Positions 59,401-64,000 of a stretch of DNA of 64,000 nt are shown piece by piece. The position numbers and the translations under genes were made by a program. Position 1 is the first letter of the stretch, and every line of letters starts with the position of its first letter. The stretch is taken from the IMG/VR virus record IMGVR_UViG_3300009167_000001; one strand, written 5' to 3'. Below the pieces are notes generated by a model. That model worked only from the letters and a program-made list of their open reading frames with translations, did no database searches and was not told the DNA's origin. The stretch comes from an uncultured virus (IMG/VR IMGVR_UViG_3300009167_000001). Its lineage: Duplodnaviria > Heunggongvirae > Uroviricota > Caudoviricetes.

Positions 59401-62400
59401 TTAAACAAACGGAGGATATAGTGAATATAACACAAGGGTATGCTAATTTTTATGGTTGGACTGATGTAGAACCTTATGAAATAGTTCGTGTAGTATCTGA
59501 TAAATGTATTGAAATTAGAGCTATGAAAGCAGAACGCAGTTCTTCATGGAAACCAAACTGGATTCCCGGTGGTTTTTCTCTTGTATGTCTTAACAATATG
59601 GAACAACAATGGATTGTATCAATAGATACAGAGGCACCAATCATAAGAGCGCGATTGCATAAGGATGGAAAATGGTATAGCAAACGTGGTAAACATCTTT
59701 TAGAGTATATACCAAAAAAATATTACGACTTTAATTTTTAAATGGAGATTTAGAACTATGAAAAGAAAAGAACTTTTAGCTCTTCCTAAGAGGGCTTGGG
59801 ATGATGAATCCTTTTATGACTCAGTTTTGATAATTCCATCAGGAAGAAAGCATGATTCTGGTTATATGCTGATTGCTATAGTAGGAGTTATAAAAGGAGA
59901 GCCTAAAGAAATAGCCGCTTATTGTGATGATATTCACTGGATTGCTCCTGCTCCTGTAACGTTTGGTTCAGGATTTCAAGTGGGAGATTTGAGAACCGAT
60001 ATGTTTTATCCCAGTGGAATTATGCAAATGTGGGGAAGAGGACAATTTAAAGTCGGTCTTAGTCTTAGCAGTACTGATATAACTTTTATAAGGAGCTAGA
60101 ATGTATTGGAACTATCGCATAGTTCATTTTGTTACTGACCTTGGGGATTACTATGACCTTCATGAAGTATATTATGATGACGATGGTGTTCCTTTTGCTC
60201 GTACTATGGATGGAAAAGCCTATGGTGAAACCGAAGAGGAAGTAATAGAAGCACTAGAAATGATGTTAAGAGACGCTAAAAAGGCTCCTGTCTTAGAGGA
60301 CAAGGAAATAAATAATGAACGCTTTGATGAATTGGAAAGAGAGGCTGGAGTATCCGACTAAATTATTACTAGGTTTAGTAGTTTTTGATACGATAGCGTC
60401 TTATGTATTCTGGACAAATAACTGGATGACAGAAGAAAATCCCATAATGTTATGGGCGTTGCAGAAAGGATGGGCATATTGGGTTATTAAAATAGTTCAA
60501 TTGGGTCTTGTTTTAATACTAGGCTATTTCTATGCTAAAAATAGAAAAGCAAGGTTCGCAACTTGGTTACTTGTAAGTGTGTTTACTTTTGTATGGGTAC
60601 AATTTTTTATAGGGAGTATATTATGACTAATGTTGAAGCAATTAAAGACGCTCTTAAAGCTGGTACTGAACCTAGAATGATTTGTATGACTTGTCCGTGG
60701 GATAGGTTTTGTTTAACTCCCCCGTCTATGACTTCTTTTGACATTGAAAACCAGATAAACAAAATGAAAGAAGAAGATGAAAAGGCTTCGGAGAAAGATG
60801 GAACAAATCACTTCATGGGTGCTATGATGGGAACCATATTGTTTACTGGTAAAGATACACAAGCTACTCTTTGCCCTATAGTAGTTAATAGACTTCAAAC
60901 TTCTGATGGGCGCAAAATTGTAGACTCTATTCGTGATATGATGCAGGACTGGGAAGACTAAATGGAAGATGCTGAAAGATATAAGGAAGCTCTTGAATTC
61001 CTTCAAGGAAGATTTGAGTGGGGAGTAGCCGAAGCAGTAGCTCATTATTATGCTAGAGCTATTGACTATTTGTTTGAAGGAATGACTTGGGATGAAGCAC
61101 TAGATTTTGAAGATGATGGAGATGATGAGGATTAGTATGTTTCATGAATCAAGAGGAAAATACACAGTTTATCGTGTACATACAAAGTATGGAGAATTTA
61201 CCTTTAGAAAGGAGTTGGAAGCAGTTAACTTCATGCTAGATATAGGAACCGGGAGACTTCCAATGATGATACTGGACTTTGACCATCTACCAGAAATCTA
61301 TACTACACAAGAAGCTATAACTGAATACAGTAGAAGGAAATCATGAGTGAGAAAATTATACCTTTAGATAGTGAACATCGTATTGTTGTAACTCAGCGGT
61401 GGGATGAAGGTGGGTATAATGTAGAAAATATAAAGGTCGAGCGTTGTTGGGAAAGTAGATGGGAAGAGCCTAAATGGTTTGAAGACCACGCTACTTCTAC
61501 TCCATTAATTCAAGCCGCTTGGTGGGCGAGTAAGTGGTATCATGAAAAGAATGAATCATGAAACGCTGGACAGTAGGACCAAATAATAAGTATAGTAATT
61601 ATTTCTTCTCCATTGAGATAGATATTCCAGAAAATGAGAAATATAAAAAAGAAATACTAGCTTTTCTTCGTGACCATATAAAGTTAGGTGCTAAAACAGC
61701 AGAGAAGATGGCAGAAGGTCCAGTACGAGTAAAGGCGGGAGTATAATGTATATCTGGAAGTATCCTATTCCCATTGAGGACGAGTTTGAAATTGAAATGC
61801 CTTATGATGCCTTGGTGTTGTGTGTTCAAATGCAAGGAGATACTCCGTGTATTTGGGTAAAGACTACGGGAACTGATAGGCTGGAGAAGAAGAAATTTTC
61901 TATAATTGGAACAGGGAATCCTTTTAATCCAAGAGGACTTTCTTACATAGGAACGTTTCAGCAGTATGGTGGTAAATTAGTATGGCATCTCTTTGAAAGG
62001 TGGACTTAATAAATGTTAATGTTATATGGAATGCTGGGAGTCTTCTTTCTATGGTTGGTCATTATTATCTATTTGTGGAGAAATGATGACCTTTATGGAT
62101 TTGAAGATGTTATAGCAACATTTGTACTCATTGTATTTATTGCCAGTGGAATTTTTTGGGGTGGGTTAACTTTTGGTCTTAGTTGGCTTGGTAATTATCA
62201 TGAGAAGGTTGGAGAATATCAATTAGTAGCTTTGAAAGATACTGGAAGGGTTGAAGGCTCCTTCTTCTTAGGAACTGGATATTTTCAAGGTTCCGCTGCT
62301 TATAGGTATTACTATCAACTTGATGAAAACTTTATTGCTATGAATCAAAGAAATTTTAGTGATGGTTTTATAACCTATATTACTGATGGTAGTTATCCTA

Positions 62401-62530
62401 GAGTTGTTACGACCAAAGAACATTTTAAGAGCGGATTCTTGAATCACTTATTTTGGGACGTAAAAGGTTATGAAGATACTTATTATGTTCCTGAAGGTTC
62501 TGTTCTTAATGAAATTAGATTGGACTTAGA

Positions 62531-63184
62531 GTGAACCAATATCATAAGATAAACTCAATCTTTAAGAGAACTACAGATGGAAAGAAAATGCTTTTTGGGG
62601 AATACTCCCAGCCTGAGTTTGAATATCTTAAAGATAATTTGTGGGAGTTTACTGAGAAAGTAGATGGAACTAACATAAGAGTCATGTATGTTGGTTGTGA
62701 AGCCTTTGGCGATGATATGTGGTTTGGTGGTAAAACTGACAACGCTCAAATTCCTGCCCATTTAGTAAACAAATTAAATGAACTTTTTTGGATTGATAAG
62801 CTAAGGGATGCTTTCCCTAGTGATAATCAAGAGGATGCTATCAGAACTATTTGTCTTTATGGTGAAGGCTTTGGAGCCAAGATTCAGAATGGTGGAAAAT
62901 ATATCCCCGATGGGGTTGACTTTGTGCTGTTTGATGTTAAAATAGGGGAGTGGTGGCTCAAGAGAGAAGCTGTTGAAGATATAGCTGCCAAGCTTGGTAT
63001 TATGGTCGTACCATTAATAGACCAAGGAACCTTAGAGGGAATGATTAACCTTTGTAGGCACGGATTTAAGTCTCAATGGGGAGACTTTGTAGCTGAAGGT
63101 ATAGTAGCAAGACCAGTAGTAGAGCTTAGAGATAGGAGCGGCCATAGGATTATTACTAAGCTGAAGCATAAAGATTTTCAGTAG
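62531..63184 (+). CDS. ATP-dependent RNA ligase (Rnl2-like nucleotidyltransferase)
   Basis: Motif I TEKVDGTN, YGEG.G, F.LFDV, EGIV, KLK. Confidence 0.8.
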   Translation: MNQYHKINSIFKRTTDGKKMLFGEYSQPEFEYLKDNLWEFTEKVDGTNIRVMYVGCEAFGDDMWFGGKTDNAQIPAHLVNKLNELFWIDKLRDAFPSDNQEDAIRTICLYGEGFGAKIQNGGKYIPDGVDFVLFDVKIGEWWLKREAVEDIAAKLGIMVVPLIDQGTLEGMINLCRHGFKSQWGDFVAEGIVARPVVELRDRSGHRIITKLKHKDFQ

Positions 63185-63196
63185 GAGTAAATTACT

Positions 63197-63442
63197 ATGA
63201 GTGTATTCTTAATTCGCGGCCCATTTGTGGGCAAGGGGAACAGAAGATATTGTATAGCAGAAGTTGATGGCAAGAGACGTAAAATAAATTACGCTAAATA
63301 TCTTGTATTAAAGGCAGGAATTCCTGTAGGAAAACATGAAGAAGTACATCATGTAGATGAAAATAAACTTAATGATGTGCTAGAAAATTTGAAGCCTCTA
63401 AAGGAATATAAGCATAATAAAGAACATAAAGGAAAAAAATGA
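63197..63442 (+). CDS. Small HNH endonuclease-like protein
   Basis: VHHVDENKLND..ENL.....H...H. Confidence 0.7.
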   Translation: MSVFLIRGPFVGKGNRRYCIAEVDGKRRKINYAKYLVLKAGIPVGKHEEVHHVDENKLNDVLENLKPLKEYKHNKEHKGKK

Positions 63443-63569
63443 TTACCTGTCCTTTAACAAAAAGTGCATGTAATATGCAGTATTGTGAATGGTGGTACAC
63501 TAAATATAATACTTGTATGATTATGTTTATAGGAGTATCGTTAGGTCTATATTGTGAAAGGAATTCAAA

Positions 63570-64000
63570 ATGAGTAAGAAGTTTGTTGGTGTACAGTTTG
63601 TTGAAACAGTCAGAACGGGTAAGAATACTCTAGCTTTTGGTATCTATAATGATTTTGATATAGGTAGAGTTCCTTTTGCTGGAGTGTCAGAAAAAAATGC
63701 GGAAGACACTGAAAAAATTAGTAGAGGTAGAAACTTTGCTGTTGGTCGTGCCTTTCAAAATCTCGGTAAAGAAATTGAAAAGCGTGAATGGGCAAAGCTT
63801 AAACAGCCTGTTAAGAAAGAAGTGTCTGCTAAAAAGTTATCTGCTAAAGAAGTGGCAGAGCTTATGAACACACCAGAAGCCATTAAAAAGCGTGAGGAAA
63901 GAGCAAAGAAACATGCTAAAGAGAATCCAAAAGCCGCTAAATCCGCAGTTGAAGCAGATAGTAAAGTCGGCAAAACAAAAGCGACAGCTACAAACAAGTA
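63570..64000 (+). CDS. Hypothetical protein, 3'-truncated by the window edge
   Basis: AAGGA SD, ATG at 63570, open to the end of the window. Confidence 0.55.
   Translation, partial: MSKKFVGVQFVETVRTGKNTLAFGIYNDFDIGRVPFAGVSEKNAEDTEKISRGRNFAVGRAFQNLGKEIEKREWAKLKQPVKKEVSAKKLSAKEVAELMNTPEAIKKREERAKKHAKENPKAAKSAVEADSKVGKTKATATNK

Noticed and set aside
1..64000. Stop-codon reassignment
   Set aside because: Conserved genes are intact in the standard code, end in TAA, TAG or TGA, and I found no suppressor tRNA

Overview
This 64 kb window is part of a large, AT-rich tailed phage genome, with almost all genes on the + strand and no sign of a non-standard genetic code. About 1-21 kb holds tail/virion genes, a lysis module (holin-like proteins and an M15 peptidase endolysin with peptidoglycan-binding domains), GDP-mannose 4,6-dehydratase, a long repeat-rich fibre protein and an SLH-bearing papain-like protease. 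About 22-27 kb holds thyX and a 17-gene tRNA array. A sharply bounded GC-rich island at 30.6-32.8 kb carries three minus-strand genes and four copies of a bipartite motif. About 33-48 kb holds many small genes, structured non-coding RNA candidates, scattered tRNAs, NADAR, an SNF2 helicase and a CCA-adding enzyme. Replication genes (DnaB-like helicase, primase) and an RNA ligase lie at 53-64 kb. I read 25 tRNA/tRNA-like genes covering all 20 amino acids, none with an encoded CCA. Highlights: (1) a complete phage-encoded ubiquitin-like conjugation operon (Ubl, E2 with a Cys-rich tail, JAB protease, E1) at 49-52.6 kb; (2) a 76-nt tmRNA-like gene made only of the alanyl tRNA-like domain; (3) an RNA motif present in three covarying copies in a ~600-nt non-coding region; (4) the GC-rich island and its repeated motif; (5) several structurally aberrant tRNAs. 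All calls come from reading motifs by eye; no database searches were run.
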